From Chitinophagaceae bacterium (GTDB taxonomy: Bacteria > Bacteroidota > Bacteroidia > Chitinophagales > Chitinophagaceae), in assembly GCA_044353505.1 (NCBI GenBank), contig JBILBU010000003.1, positions 8,544 through 72,543 on the forward strand: a stretch of 64,000 nt of DNA, read 5' to 3'. The notes under the pieces were generated by a model. It was not told the origin of the DNA. It did not search any database and saw only the letters and a program-made list of their open reading frames with translations. Positions 9,625 to 19,717 of the stretch are shown one piece after another. The position numbers and the translations under genes were made by a program. How positions within the stretch are numbered: the stretch's first letter is position 1; every line of letters starts with the position of its first letter.

Positions 9625-10161
9625 ATGATCAGGAACATTACCATCCTTCTTGTATTGACCTCCCTGATCAGCGCTTGTGAAAATAATGAACAAGAGGTCA
9701 AAGCCCTCTTCAAAAAAAAACTTGGGGTTGACGAAGCCATAAATATTGAAGGCTATATGAGCCAGTCTGGAAAAATGAGGGCCAAACTCACTGCCCCACT
9801 CATGCTGAGATACCAGGATACAAGTTCAAGGGTAGAACTTCCTAATACACTTCATGTTGACTTCTTTGACTCAACCCTGACCGTAGAAAGTAAGCTAGAT
9901 GCCATGTTCGCCCAATATTATGAAAACAGGAATCAGGTATTTCTAAGAGACAGCGTAAGAGTATACAATACAAAAGGTGATACACTTTTTTGCAAAGAAC
10001 TCTACTGGAATCAGTCCATGAAAAAGTTTTACACTGAAAAAGCAGTTCGCATCCATACCCGCGATATGATCATGTACGGCAACGGACTATCTGCACCAGA
10101 AGATTTCAAAACCTTTGAAATATATCAGGTTACAAATAGTGTAATAAGGGTCAAGCAATAA
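9625..10161 (+). CDS. lptC: LPS export periplasmic protein LptC (Bacteroidota type)
   Basis: Lipobox-like LISAC, LTAPLM, VDFFD, LFCKELYW, FYTEKAVRI beta-jellyroll pattern; follows coaX and the OMP gene. Confidence 0.8.
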   Translation: MIRNITILLVLTSLISACENNEQEVKALFKKKLGVDEAINIEGYMSQSGKMRAKLTAPLMLRYQDTSSRVELPNTLHVDFFDSTLTVESKLDAMFAQYYENRNQVFLRDSVRVYNTKGDTLFCKELYWNQSMKKFYTEKAVRIHTRDMIMYGNGLSAPEDFKTFEIYQVTNSVIRVKQ

Positions 10162-10230
10162 CTGCAAACTGGAAAGAACAACAAGTATCCATTCTCAATT
10201 CCCCACACTAAACACTAGATCATATTTTTT

Positions 10231-11049
10231 CTAAAGAAATAAGTCGGTGTACAAATGAGCCCCCGGTACTACCGCATAACCTGACAGATCTGTTATTCCT
10301 TCAGATTGCAACACGTCTTCGTCAATAAAAAAGTTTCCGGTACAGTCCCCAGATGGCCTATTCAGTATGTAATATGCAGCATCAGCGATGATTTCAGGCT
10401 TTCTGCTCATGCGCATCAACATTTCACCACCAAGCAAGTTCTGAACAGCTGCAGTTGCGATGGTAGTCCTAGGCCAAAGTGTATTGGCAGCAATCCTGAA
10501 CTGCTTCAACTCTTCAGATAAGCCCAAGGCAATCATACTCATGTTGTACTTGCTCATCGTATAGGCAACATGACCGCCAAACCATTTCTTATCCATATTG
10601 ATGGGAGGTGAAAGGTTGAGAATATGCGGATTGTTTGATTTTTTAAGGGGGGCAATACAATGCTTTGACACTAGAAATGTGCCCCTTACATTGATATCGT
10701 GCATCAAGTCAAATCGCTTGGCATCCGTTTGTTCAGTAGTTGTCAATGAAATGGCTGATGCATTATTTACGAGGATGTCGATGCCACCAAAAGCCTCAAT
10801 ACCTTTGGAAACAGCATTGATAATCTGATCCTCAAATCTGATATCACATTGTACAGCAAGGGCCCGCCCACCGGCTTCTTCAATTTCCTTTGCAACAGAA
10901 AATATTGTGCCACCAAGTTTAGGATTTTCCTCAACGGATTTTGCTGCAATTATTATAGCGGCACCTTCGCTGGCCAACTTCAAGGCTATTGCCTTACCAA
11001 TGCCTCTACTTGCCCCGGTGATTAACGCGACTTTATTATTAAATACCAT
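10231..11049 (-). CDS. SDR family oxidoreductase (HSDL2-like, no SCP2 domain)
   Basis: TGASRGIG, LVNNASAI, YTMSK (YxxxK), NTLWPRTTIATAAV. Confidence 0.9.
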   Translation of the reverse strand: MVFNNKVALITGASRGIGKAIALKLASEGAAIIIAAKSVEENPKLGGTIFSVAKEIEEAGGRALAVQCDIRFEDQIINAVSKGIEAFGGIDILVNNASAISLTTTEQTDAKRFDLMHDINVRGTFLVSKHCIAPLKKSNNPHILNLSPPINMDKKWFGGHVAYTMSKYNMSMIALGLSEELKQFRIAANTLWPRTTIATAAVQNLLGGEMLMRMSRKPEIIADAAYYILNRPSGDCTGNFFIDEDVLQSEGITDLSGYAVVPGAHLYTDLFL

Positions 11050-11250
11050 ACCCTAAGTTAAACAAAATACAGTTCTGGCGGTATCTCAAAGGCTTGAAAA
11101 TAAAGAGAGAAAGTTCTGCAGCGCCATGGGGCATAATACACCGCCCTTCCAAGAGTAAAAACAACTGAAATAGTGTAATAATCTAAGGATAACCAATTAA
11201 ATTGTGGATCAAACAATTTATACTTTAAGTCAGTAATTATCAATTAACCC

Positions 11251-13410
11251 ATGTACATGCCAAGATACATATGGCTCACCAGCTTAACTTTTATAGCACT
11301 GCAAACTTCAGTTGCCCAGAAAAAACAACTTACGGAAAAACAAATGTTGGGTGGCGAAAAAACAACAATAACAACACCGCTTCCTCAGGTTATTGGATGG
11401 ACAGATGATACACATTTTCTAATCGAAAAAAAATATCATCCGGATTCCGCAGCCAATGTATTCTTAGTTGATTGTAAAACTGGAAAGCAATCCATTTCAA
11501 ACAGAGAGATTCTTCAGAAGGAGAAACATGCTTCCATTTCAGTAACCACCCGCAAGGGTGATGTCTTCGTCACAAACGCTGACGAAAAATCAATACAGCT
11601 GACTAAAACGATTGAAATTGAAATAAATCCTACCCTATCACCCGATAACAACTGGGTAGCATTTACAAGAAATAATAATTTATTTACCATCAATATTAAT
11701 ACCAGCAAAGAATATCAGATTACGCATGATGGAACTGATCTTATTCTTAATGGTTACGCCAGCTGGGTGTATTATGAAGAAATTCTTGGTCGCGCTTCCA
11801 AATACAAATCATTTTGGTGGAGCCCAGACAGCAAACATATAAGCTTCATGCGCATGAATGACACCAACGTTCCACTCTTCCCCATTTATGGTGAAAGCGG
11901 ACTGCATGGTTACTCAGAAAATACACGCTATCCAAAAGCGGGAGACCCAAATCCATCTGTCCGTATTGCCATTGCACCAAACACTGGAGGCCACACCACT
12001 TGGGCTGATTTTAATGAAAATGATGACCAATATTTCGGACAGCCGTATTGGACACCAGATGGTAAAAGTCTTTGGGTTCAATGGATGAATAGAGGACAGG
12101 ATTCGCTGCTTGTTTACGCTATTGATCCAACTGATGGGAAAAAGAAACTTATGTATAGCGAACATCAGCATACCTGGATTAGCCTAGATGACGAAGGACA
12201 ACGCATCCGCTTTCTGCATGGGAACAAGGGTTTTATCCTTAAGAGTGATCAAGATGGATGGGAGCAGTTGTATTGGTACAACCCTGATGGTATGCTAAAA
12301 AATCGCATCACTTCCGGGGCAAATTGGGCCACAGAAATTCAATACATCGACACCTTCGCAAACATCATCTACTACACATCCAAAGAACACAATTCAACGC
12401 AAATAGATCTTTACCGTGTTGGTCTTGATGGAAGAAATCAAGTTCGTCTGACTTTTGGTGAGTATACACATTCCATAGACCTGTCTCCAAAAGGAAGTTA
12501 TTTTATAACCCGCTACTCCAATGCTCAAACTCCTGAACAACTCACACTCGTCAATAATAATGGTAAAATCATTTCAACACTGGGCGATAGCCAAGGTCCG
12601 GACTTCAACAAATATACCCTAGCAAAAACAGAGCTGATTCGGATCCCTTCAGAAGATGGTCTATTCCAACTTCCAATCCGAATCACCTGGCCAATCAATT
12701 TCGATAGCAGCAAGCAATACCCTGTAATGATTAATATCTATGGAGGCCCGAATGCAGGCACCGTTCGTGAAGGATGGCAGTTCAATGGACTAACCCAATG
12801 GTGGTCAAATGAAGGCTTGATCCAAGTAACGATGGACCATCGAGCAAGTGGACACTTTGGAAAAAACGGAATAAACTACATGCACAGAAATCTTGGGAAT
12901 TGGGAACTTCTAGATTGGATTACCATCGTCAAATGGCTTCGTAAAAACGGGGCAGACTCAACGCGGATTGGAATCATGGGATTCAGCTATGGCGGATACA
13001 TGACCTGCATGGCACTTACAGCTGGGGCTGGATATTTCACCCATGGTCTGGCAGGAGGAAGTGTGACGGATTGGGCGCTGTATGATACGCACTATGCAGA
13101 ACGATTCATGGAGACCCCAAAAGAAAATCCGGATGGATATTATAAGACATCAATCATGAGCTATGTAGACAAATACAAGGGGTTGCTTAGAATCTATCAT
13201 GGAACAATGGACGACAATGTACACCTACAAAATAGCCTTCAACTGGTCAGGAAACTCCAAGACGCAAAAAAACACTTTGAATTCATGGTATATCCCGGAG
13301 GAAGACATGGATGGGGAGGAAACCAACAGGCCCATTCAACCAACGAAAATAACATGTTCATTTATAAGAATTTATTGCGTAGGGAGATCCCAAAAACAAT
13401 GCTAAAATGA
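11251..13410 (+). CDS. S9 family dipeptidyl peptidase IV-like exported peptidase
   Basis: Signal peptide, beta-propeller region (YPKAGDPN), catalytic GFSYGG, DDNVH and GRHGW. Confidence 0.92.
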   Translation: MYMPRYIWLTSLTFIALQTSVAQKKQLTEKQMLGGEKTTITTPLPQVIGWTDDTHFLIEKKYHPDSAANVFLVDCKTGKQSISNREILQKEKHASISVTTRKGDVFVTNADEKSIQLTKTIEIEINPTLSPDNNWVAFTRNNNLFTININTSKEYQITHDGTDLILNGYASWVYYEEILGRASKYKSFWWSPDSKHISFMRMNDTNVPLFPIYGESGLHGYSENTRYPKAGDPNPSVRIAIAPNTGGHTTWADFNENDDQYFGQPYWTPDGKSLWVQWMNRGQDSLLVYAIDPTDGKKKLMYSEHQHTWISLDDEGQRIRFLHGNKGFILKSDQDGWEQLYWYNPDGMLKNRITSGANWATEIQYIDTFANIIYYTSKEHNSTQIDLYRVGLDGRNQVRLTFGEYTHSIDLSPKGSYFITRYSNAQTPEQLTLVNNNGKIISTLGDSQGPDFNKYTLAKTELIRIPSEDGLFQLPIRITWPINFDSSKQYPVMINIYGGPNAGTVREGWQFNGLTQWWSNEGLIQVTMDHRASGHFGKNGINYMHRNLGNWELLDWITIVKWLRKNGADSTRIGIMGFSYGGYMTCMALTAGAGYFTHGLAGGSVTDWALYDTHYAERFMETPKENPDGYYKTSIMSYVDKYKGLLRIYHGTMDDNVHLQNSLQLVRKLQDAKKHFEFMVYPGGRHGWGGNQQAHSTNENNMFIYKNLLRREIPKTMLK

Positions 13411-13539
13411 CAATTTCGAGATTGAAGAAATGAGGTTTTTGTAATTATTTCTTGAGTTTTTTTAGAATAATTATTCCCAACGATCTATTACACCATATCA
13501 GGTTTTTACCTAACTTAACGCAAACGAAATTTTCCTTTT

Positions 13540-15348
13540 ATGAGCATCAGCCCAACAAGATTATTTGATTGCATTGACTGGCAAATGGAAAAGTTTTCCA
13601 AAGAGGATATGTTTGCCGCAAAGGAAAATGGAATCTGGAGAAAATACAGCACAAAAGAAATCAAGCAGTTGGTAGACAGTTTGAGCATGGGACTTATCCA
13701 TGCTGGCATAGGATATCAAGATGGCACCATTGAGGGGAGGGATAAAATTGCAATTCTCAGCAACAACAGACCCGAATGGATGATTGTGGATCTGGCCGTG
13801 CAGCAAACAGGAGCAGTCCTCACTCCAATCTATCCAACCATCAATGTAAATGAACTTGAATTCATCTTAAATGATGCTTCAGTAAAATTGGTATTTGTTA
13901 GTGATCAAGAGCTCTTTGAAAAAGTACAGTCGATTCGAGATAAGACCCCAACTGTTCAAGCAGTTTATTCATTTAATCCCATTCAAGGGGCCCTAAACTG
14001 GAAAGAATTATTACACAGTGGAAATGCAGAAGATCTTGCGAAACTAAAAGCATCAAAAGACAATATAAAAAGTGATGAGCTTGCTACCATCCTCTACACT
14101 TCAGGAACAACAGGATTTCCCAAGGGTGTAATGCTTAGTCACCATAACATTCTAGACAATATTAAAAATGTAGAAGAAACTCTTGAACCAATTTGTGGCT
14201 CCAATGATAGATCACTCAGCTTCCTGCCACTCAACCATATTTTTGAGCGGGTTGTTACCTATATCTACATGTATAGGGGAGTGTCCATTTACTATGCAGA
14301 AAGTATCGAATCCGTAGGCGAGAACCTTCGAGAAGTTAAGCCAACGCTATTTTCTACTGTACCCCGACTGCTTGAAAAAGTATATGAGCGCATTATAAAC
14401 AAGGGAAGAGAACTTACCGGAATCAAAAAGTCATTGTTTTTTTGGGCAGTTGCGGTTGGCAATAGGTATGAAGTAGGAAAAGATTTAGGACTATGGTACA
14501 ATATCCAACTTGCTGTTGCCAATAAACTCATCTTTTCAAAATGGAGAGAGGCATTGGGTGGAAATGTAAGGGCAATAGTAACAGGTGCAGCAGCTTGTCA
14601 AGTTAGGCTACTGAGAATATTCACTGCAGCAAAACTGGTTATCATGGAAGGTTATGGGCTGACTGAAACCTCGCCAGTGATCAGCGTGAATCGTTTTGAG
14701 GCTTCTGGCAGGAAATTCGGAACCGTTGGAAACGTAATTAAAAATGTTGAAGTGAAGCTTGCAGAGGATGGAGAGATTTGTTGTCGGGGCTCAAATGTAA
14801 TGTTGGGGTATTATAAACGACCCGACCTTACTGCAGAGTGTATTGACAAAGATGGATGGTTTCATACAGGTGATATTGGCGTCTGGGTTGATGAACGTTT
14901 TCTAAAAATAACTGACAGAAAGAAAGAAATTTTCAAGACCAGCGGAGGAAAATATGTTGCTCCCCAACCTATAGAAAATAAGATGAAAGAATCACCATTT
15001 ATTGAGCAGATGATGGTGGTTGGTGCAGAAAGGAAATTCACTGGAGCACTCATCGTACCGGCAATTGAAAATCTAAAATCTTGGTGCGCAAAAAATGGAG
15101 TTCCCGCTGAGAGTACCCAGCAAATGCTACAGCATCCAAAGGTTCTTGAATATTACAAATCCATTGTTGAAAGATTCAATACACAGTTTAACCCAGTTGA
15201 GCAGGTAAAGAAATTTGAATTATTGAATAGTGAGTGGACCATCACCGGTGGGGAACTCACTCCCACATTAAAGCTCAAGCGAAAAGTAATCATGGATAAA
15301 TATGCAGATGCCGTTGAGCGGATTTATGCAGAAGAAGATCAAAAATAG
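13540..15348 (+). CDS. Long-chain fatty acid-CoA ligase (AMP-binding enzyme)
   Basis: YTSGTTGFPKG, LPLNHIFER, EGYGLTE, GWFHTGDIG, ITDRKKE. Confidence 0.93.
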   Translation: MSISPTRLFDCIDWQMEKFSKEDMFAAKENGIWRKYSTKEIKQLVDSLSMGLIHAGIGYQDGTIEGRDKIAILSNNRPEWMIVDLAVQQTGAVLTPIYPTINVNELEFILNDASVKLVFVSDQELFEKVQSIRDKTPTVQAVYSFNPIQGALNWKELLHSGNAEDLAKLKASKDNIKSDELATILYTSGTTGFPKGVMLSHHNILDNIKNVEETLEPICGSNDRSLSFLPLNHIFERVVTYIYMYRGVSIYYAESIESVGENLREVKPTLFSTVPRLLEKVYERIINKGRELTGIKKSLFFWAVAVGNRYEVGKDLGLWYNIQLAVANKLIFSKWREALGGNVRAIVTGAAACQVRLLRIFTAAKLVIMEGYGLTETSPVISVNRFEASGRKFGTVGNVIKNVEVKLAEDGEICCRGSNVMLGYYKRPDLTAECIDKDGWFHTGDIGVWVDERFLKITDRKKEIFKTSGGKYVAPQPIENKMKESPFIEQMMVVGAERKFTGALIVPAIENLKSWCAKNGVPAESTQQMLQHPKVLEYYKSIVERFNTQFNPVEQVKKFELLNSEWTITGGELTPTLKLKRKVIMDKYADAVERIYAEEDQK

Positions 15349-16343
15349 TGCTGCCCAGTAGGCATACGAAAAATTTTATTCTGCTGATATTGTGAAAATC
15401 TGGAATACTCTTCTTGATGGGTTCTTGTCCAATATTGGTATGTTGCCACATCGGTTACAGTACCAAATAACCACTGATTATACGCTTCAAATAGTCCTTC
15501 ACGTAAAAGATATTGCATGTTTGTAAATAGCTGAAGAGGATAGTTCCCCTCAACAACGCTAAACCAGTCAAGCACAAATCTTGATCTGATGATCAGAAGT
15601 GTTTCAGGAGTAATCCCCCTCAGCGCCAATAGCGCTTGCTTTTGCAGCACCTCATTGAACTTTACTTCAAAGGGAGTCGTCGGTTTTACAAAATATTGCT
15701 TTGAAGCATCTGCCATAAAAGCTTTCTTGTAAGACTCCAACAACAGTATCTTGACTTCTGGCGTACGTACAGAGTAGCTTTCGAGGTTAACAAAAATCTC
15801 ACCATACACAATACTTCTTGCCATGTCAAGTGCGGCAAAATAAAACTTTGCAGCATGATAATAATTACCTGAATAGGATGGATCAGTGATGATGCCAGTC
15901 TCCCAAGAAATAATAGCCTCAGCTGGTCTTTTAAGTCCCCACAACAATTCCCCATACTCACTATACAATGGACCGCTGGCGCTAAATTGTTTTAGTCCCC
16001 TTTTATATACTTTTTCTGCCTGCTTGAATTCCTGAGCATCTATATAGATTGTTCCTGCAATCTGAAAGACCTCTACATCAGCATTCGGAAGATCAATTAA
16101 TGGAGCAATTATTTCTGATGCGCGACCTACCTTGCCGGACAAGTAATAGGTATATGCCATATCCTTAAGTAGGGTTAGATTTGATGGTTCCTTCTCAAGT
16201 GCCTTACTCAACACCATTAATGTATTGCTGTAATCACCTTGTCGCTGAAATGCAATAGCAGTTTCCCTGAGTTGCGTGACTGACTGCTGAGCAACAGCAG
16301 GTAGCATAATAAAAAACAATAAAGTGGTCAATACATTTCGCAT
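15339..16343 (-). CDS. Exported tetratricopeptide-repeat protein
   Basis: Signal peptide and repeated TPR-like helical pairs (LSKALEKEPSN, VYKRGLKQF, WETGIITDP). Confidence 0.75.
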   Translation of the reverse strand: MRNVLTTLLFFIMLPAVAQQSVTQLRETAIAFQRQGDYSNTLMVLSKALEKEPSNLTLLKDMAYTYYLSGKVGRASEIIAPLIDLPNADVEVFQIAGTIYIDAQEFKQAEKVYKRGLKQFSASGPLYSEYGELLWGLKRPAEAIISWETGIITDPSYSGNYYHAAKFYFAALDMARSIVYGEIFVNLESYSVRTPEVKILLLESYKKAFMADASKQYFVKPTTPFEVKFNEVLQKQALLALRGITPETLLIIRSRFVLDWFSVVEGNYPLQLFTNMQYLLREGLFEAYNQWLFGTVTDVATYQYWTRTHQEEYSRFSQYQQNKIFRMPTGQHYF

Positions 16344-16365
16344 AAAGCAACAGAATTAAGTTGAA

Positions 16366-17586
16366 CTAGATAAGGTGTGTAAGTAACCCATCGCGAAGTT
16401 TTGGCTCAAACCAAGTGCTCTTCGGTGGCATAACATTACCACTATCCGCTATGTTAAATAACTGCTCGATACTGACAGGATAAAAGCTGAAAGCCAATTT
16501 CATCTCCCCACTGTCCACTCTTTTCTCAAGCTCCTTGAGTCCGCGTATCCCTCCAACAAAATCAATTCGCTTATCAGTTCGCTGATCTTTAATATCCAAT
16601 ATCTTTTCCAGCACATTACTAGAGAATATTGATATATCAAGAATACCAATGGGATCATCTGTGTATGTTCCCTCTACCGCTGTAAGATGATACCATTGGT
16701 GATTGAGGTACATCCCAAAATCATGCAACGAAGATGGATCTACAGGAAGATCGGAGGTCGAAATCATGAAGTCGTCCTGCAGTGCGCTGATGAATTCATC
16801 TTCCTCCAAGCCATTCAAATCCTTGACAACCCGATTATAAGGCATGATCTTCAGTTCTGCTGCCGGAAATAAGGTTGTTAGAAATTTATCAGCTTCAGGT
16901 CCGGCACCTGGCGTATCCCGAACTTTAGCAGCGCTGGCAGCACGATGATGCCCATCAGCAATATAGGTACAGGGTACCTCTTCCTTGAAAATGTCACTAA
17001 TGAGATCAACAGTATCGTGTTGATTGATTACCCAGATCCTATGGGCAATTCCATCTTCAGCATTGAAGTTATATATCGCCTGATGTGAGGATTTCCAATT
17101 CTTAATCACCTGATCCAATGAACTCACATTGCGGTAAGCAAGAAAAACATTGCCGGTCTGGGCACCACTGATCCTGATGTGGTTAATCCTGTCTTGCTCT
17201 TTTTCCGGGCGAGTAAATTCATGTTTTTTTATGATGCCGGCTTCATAATCATCAACAGAAGAGCAGCATACCAGACCAGTTTGACTCCGGCCATCCATAA
17301 TTAACTCATAGATATAGTAACAGGGTTGATCCTCCTCAAACAAAATACCTTTACTCAGCATTGCAACCAAATTCTCGTTAGCCTTGGCATACACAGCTTG
17401 ATCATAAATGCTCAAATCAGCCGGCATATCAATCTCCGACTTCGTTACATGAAGAAAGGAATTTGGAGCAGACTTCGCAGATGCTCTAGCCTCTTCACTA
17501 GAAAGTACATCATAAGGAGGAGAGGCAACCTCAGCTGCAAATTCGGGCTTGGGCCTCACTGCCTTAAACGGAAATATAATTGCCAT
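16366..17586 (-). CDS. DUF1015 family protein (ParB/Srx-like nucleotide-binding core)
   Basis: PPYDV, IKKHEFTRPEKEQDR, YIADGHHRAASA, MPPKSTWFEPKLRDGL; directly downstream of serC. Confidence 0.9.
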   Translation of the reverse strand: MAIIFPFKAVRPKPEFAAEVASPPYDVLSSEEARASAKSAPNSFLHVTKSEIDMPADLSIYDQAVYAKANENLVAMLSKGILFEEDQPCYYIYELIMDGRSQTGLVCCSSVDDYEAGIIKKHEFTRPEKEQDRINHIRISGAQTGNVFLAYRNVSSLDQVIKNWKSSHQAIYNFNAEDGIAHRIWVINQHDTVDLISDIFKEEVPCTYIADGHHRAASAAKVRDTPGAGPEADKFLTTLFPAAELKIMPYNRVVKDLNGLEEDEFISALQDDFMISTSDLPVDPSSLHDFGMYLNHQWYHLTAVEGTYTDDPIGILDISIFSSNVLEKILDIKDQRTDKRIDFVGGIRGLKELEKRVDSGEMKLAFSFYPVSIEQLFNIADSGNVMPPKSTWFEPKLRDGLLTHLI

Positions 17587-17604
17587 TGTATTATTCTTTA
17601 TTTT

Positions 17605-18678
17605 TTAAGAACCGTATTGATTTGAGAAATCCTTCATGAGCTCGGTGATTGCAACAACACTGCTAAGGGGCAAGGCATTGTACATTGAAACCCTAAATCC
17701 TCCAACACTGCGATGTCCTTTGATGCCAACCATTCCCTCTTCTTTGCAGCGAGATAAAAAAACTTTTTCAAGCTCAGCGTCATGCATGGTAAAGACAGCA
17801 TTCATCTTACTTCGATTTTCTTTTGCCACAGGAAGATGAAATAAGGGCAATTGCTCAATTGTGGTATAAAGCAAGTTTGCCTTTTCATTGTTCAACTTCT
17901 CTATCGCTTGAATTCCGCCCAGCTTTTTGAGCCAACGCAGCGTAAGCATACAAACATAAATCGCGAAAACTGGTGGGGTATTTAGCATGGATCCATTTTC
18001 TACATGTTGACGGTAATCCAACATAGATGGCAGACCCGAATTTGCAGACTGAAGAAATTTCTTATCGACGATAACAATGTTTACACCCGCAGCACCAATA
18101 TTTTTTTGAGCCCCCGCATAAATGAAAGCAAACTTGTTAAAATCCATCGAGCAACTGAGAATATCACTACTCATGTCTGCCACCAAAGGAACCGCAGTAT
18201 CAGGTATATGGTGCATCTGAGTTCCTTCTACGGTGTTGTTGGTTGTATAGTGAAAATAAATTGCATCTTCGGGAATTGTATAACGTGTAGGGATATAGGT
18301 GTAGTTTTTATCCTTTGATGAGGCCACTACTTCTACCTGGCCAAACTGTGCAGCCTCTTTAAAAGCCTTCGTTCCCCAAACACCACAATCAAGGTATGCA
18401 GCTTTCTTTTCCTTTGAAAGAAAATTCATAGGCACCTGAAAAAACTGAGTGGATGCCCCACCGTGAAGAAACAACACTTCCTTGTTGGCATCAAGACCCA
18501 TAAGTTCCTTCATCAATGCTACCGCCTCATTCAGGACAGATTCAAAAAGTGGTGTCCGATGTCCAATTTCGAGAATGGATAATCCAGTGTCATTGAAATT
18601 TAAGATAGCACGACTGGCCTCTTCAAATACTTCTTTTGGAAGTATACTCGGACCGGCATTAAAATTGTGTTTCATCAT
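17605..18678 (-). CDS. serC: Phosphoserine aminotransferase
   Basis: NFNAGPSILP, EIGHR, GGAS, NNTVEG, DMSSD, YAGAQKN (PLP Lys), NTPP, GHRSVGGFRVSMYNA. Confidence 0.96.
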   Translation of the reverse strand: MMKHNFNAGPSILPKEVFEEASRAILNFNDTGLSILEIGHRTPLFESVLNEAVALMKELMGLDANKEVLFLHGGASTQFFQVPMNFLSKEKKAAYLDCGVWGTKAFKEAAQFGQVEVVASSKDKNYTYIPTRYTIPEDAIYFHYTTNNTVEGTQMHHIPDTAVPLVADMSSDILSCSMDFNKFAFIYAGAQKNIGAAGVNIVIVDKKFLQSANSGLPSMLDYRQHVENGSMLNTPPVFAIYVCMLTLRWLKKLGGIQAIEKLNNEKANLLYTTIEQLPLFHLPVAKENRSKMNAVFTMHDAELEKVFLSRCKEEGMVGIKGHRSVGGFRVSMYNALPLSSVVAITELMKDFSNQYGS

Positions 18679-18715
18679 TAAAATACTTGCTGAAAAAATT
18701 TAGAAAGCAATGAAG

Positions 18716-18723
18716 CAAAGATA
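18716..18723 (-). promoter_or_regulatory. Bacteroidota primary-sigma -7 box TATCTTTG upstream of serC
   Basis: Exact match to TAnnTTTG 37 bp upstream of the serC start. Confidence 0.6.
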
Positions 18724-18724
18724 C

Positions 18725-19717
18725 TTAATTTGTACAAGCGCGGCCTATGATATTGCCCTTAAGCCAGGCCGATTGTAGGGAATCTGTCGCAGCTTTACCA
18801 TTCAACGGATCGCCCTTGAAGACCAACTCAGAGAGGTCTGGCTGACCAGCATCCACCCATGCGGTAAACCAAAAAGAGGAAACCGCATATATTGCATCCC
18901 GCATTCGCCTTTCCACCATACCATTAAGACGGGTATGATAAATCAAGGCATACTTTTCAGCATATTGTCTCACCACAACACCATTTCGATTCTCGAAAGC
19001 AAACCGCTTATCTGGCGCAACCAATGCTGAAAGTTTTTTCTCAAGAGATAAAACCGTATCGGAGGCAAGTGCACTCTCATGTACCCTTTGCCAAATAAAT
19101 TCTGCAGGATTAGTGATATAGGTGGCCCTCCCAATGAACATATCGTATTGCCTTACTGCATAAAGTTCGGGCAGCCTGCTTTCCCAAAATGCATGTATCC
19201 CATGCTGATTGGTGTGCTGCCCATTATGATTACTGGTGGTATGAAGCGGAACATGGATATCTGCAATATAATGTCCAATGTCTGCTGATGCCTTCAGGAT
19301 TTCTTCTGCGTTGCATTCCGAAAAAGCACGCCTCAAGTTTCTATACATTGTAATGATCCACCATGGAGCTACCCCATGCGCTCGCAAACTGTCCTCCGAA
19401 TATATCGCCACTGCCTGATTCCACGAACGCGGTAAAGTCTTAAATCCATCTGCTGGATAATGATCCATATCAATATAATGACGTGGGCCTTCCTCAGCTA
19501 CAGCATATCTTCTTTTGTCTGCATCTGCAGCATGCGATGTGAGGTAGTCGATATTTTTTTTGTAAAAGGAAAAAACCGAAGGTGGCAGAAGAAATACGGA
19601 ATGGTAATTGATGTGTTTATGGCCAAAGAACCCCCAGCAGTATAGCTTTGAGCTAGGCAACAACAAACAAAAAAGGAATAAAAGAAAAAAGGAAGATTTG
19701 CAGCTAAAGCTTTTCAT
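18725..19717 (-). CDS. Exported zinc-dependent phospholipase C / S1-P1 nuclease family protein
   Basis: Signal peptide then WGFFGH (mature Trp1), HYID, HYIADIHVPLH and HAFWES Zn-ligand pattern. Confidence 0.85.
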   Translation of the reverse strand: MKSFSCKSSFFLLFLFCLLLPSSKLYCWGFFGHKHINYHSVFLLPPSVFSFYKKNIDYLTSHAADADKRRYAVAEEGPRHYIDMDHYPADGFKTLPRSWNQAVAIYSEDSLRAHGVAPWWIITMYRNLRRAFSECNAEEILKASADIGHYIADIHVPLHTTSNHNGQHTNQHGIHAFWESRLPELYAVRQYDMFIGRATYITNPAEFIWQRVHESALASDTVLSLEKKLSALVAPDKRFAFENRNGVVVRQYAEKYALIYHTRLNGMVERRMRDAIYAVSSFWFTAWVDAGQPDLSELVFKGDPLNGKAATDSLQSAWLKGNIIGRACTN

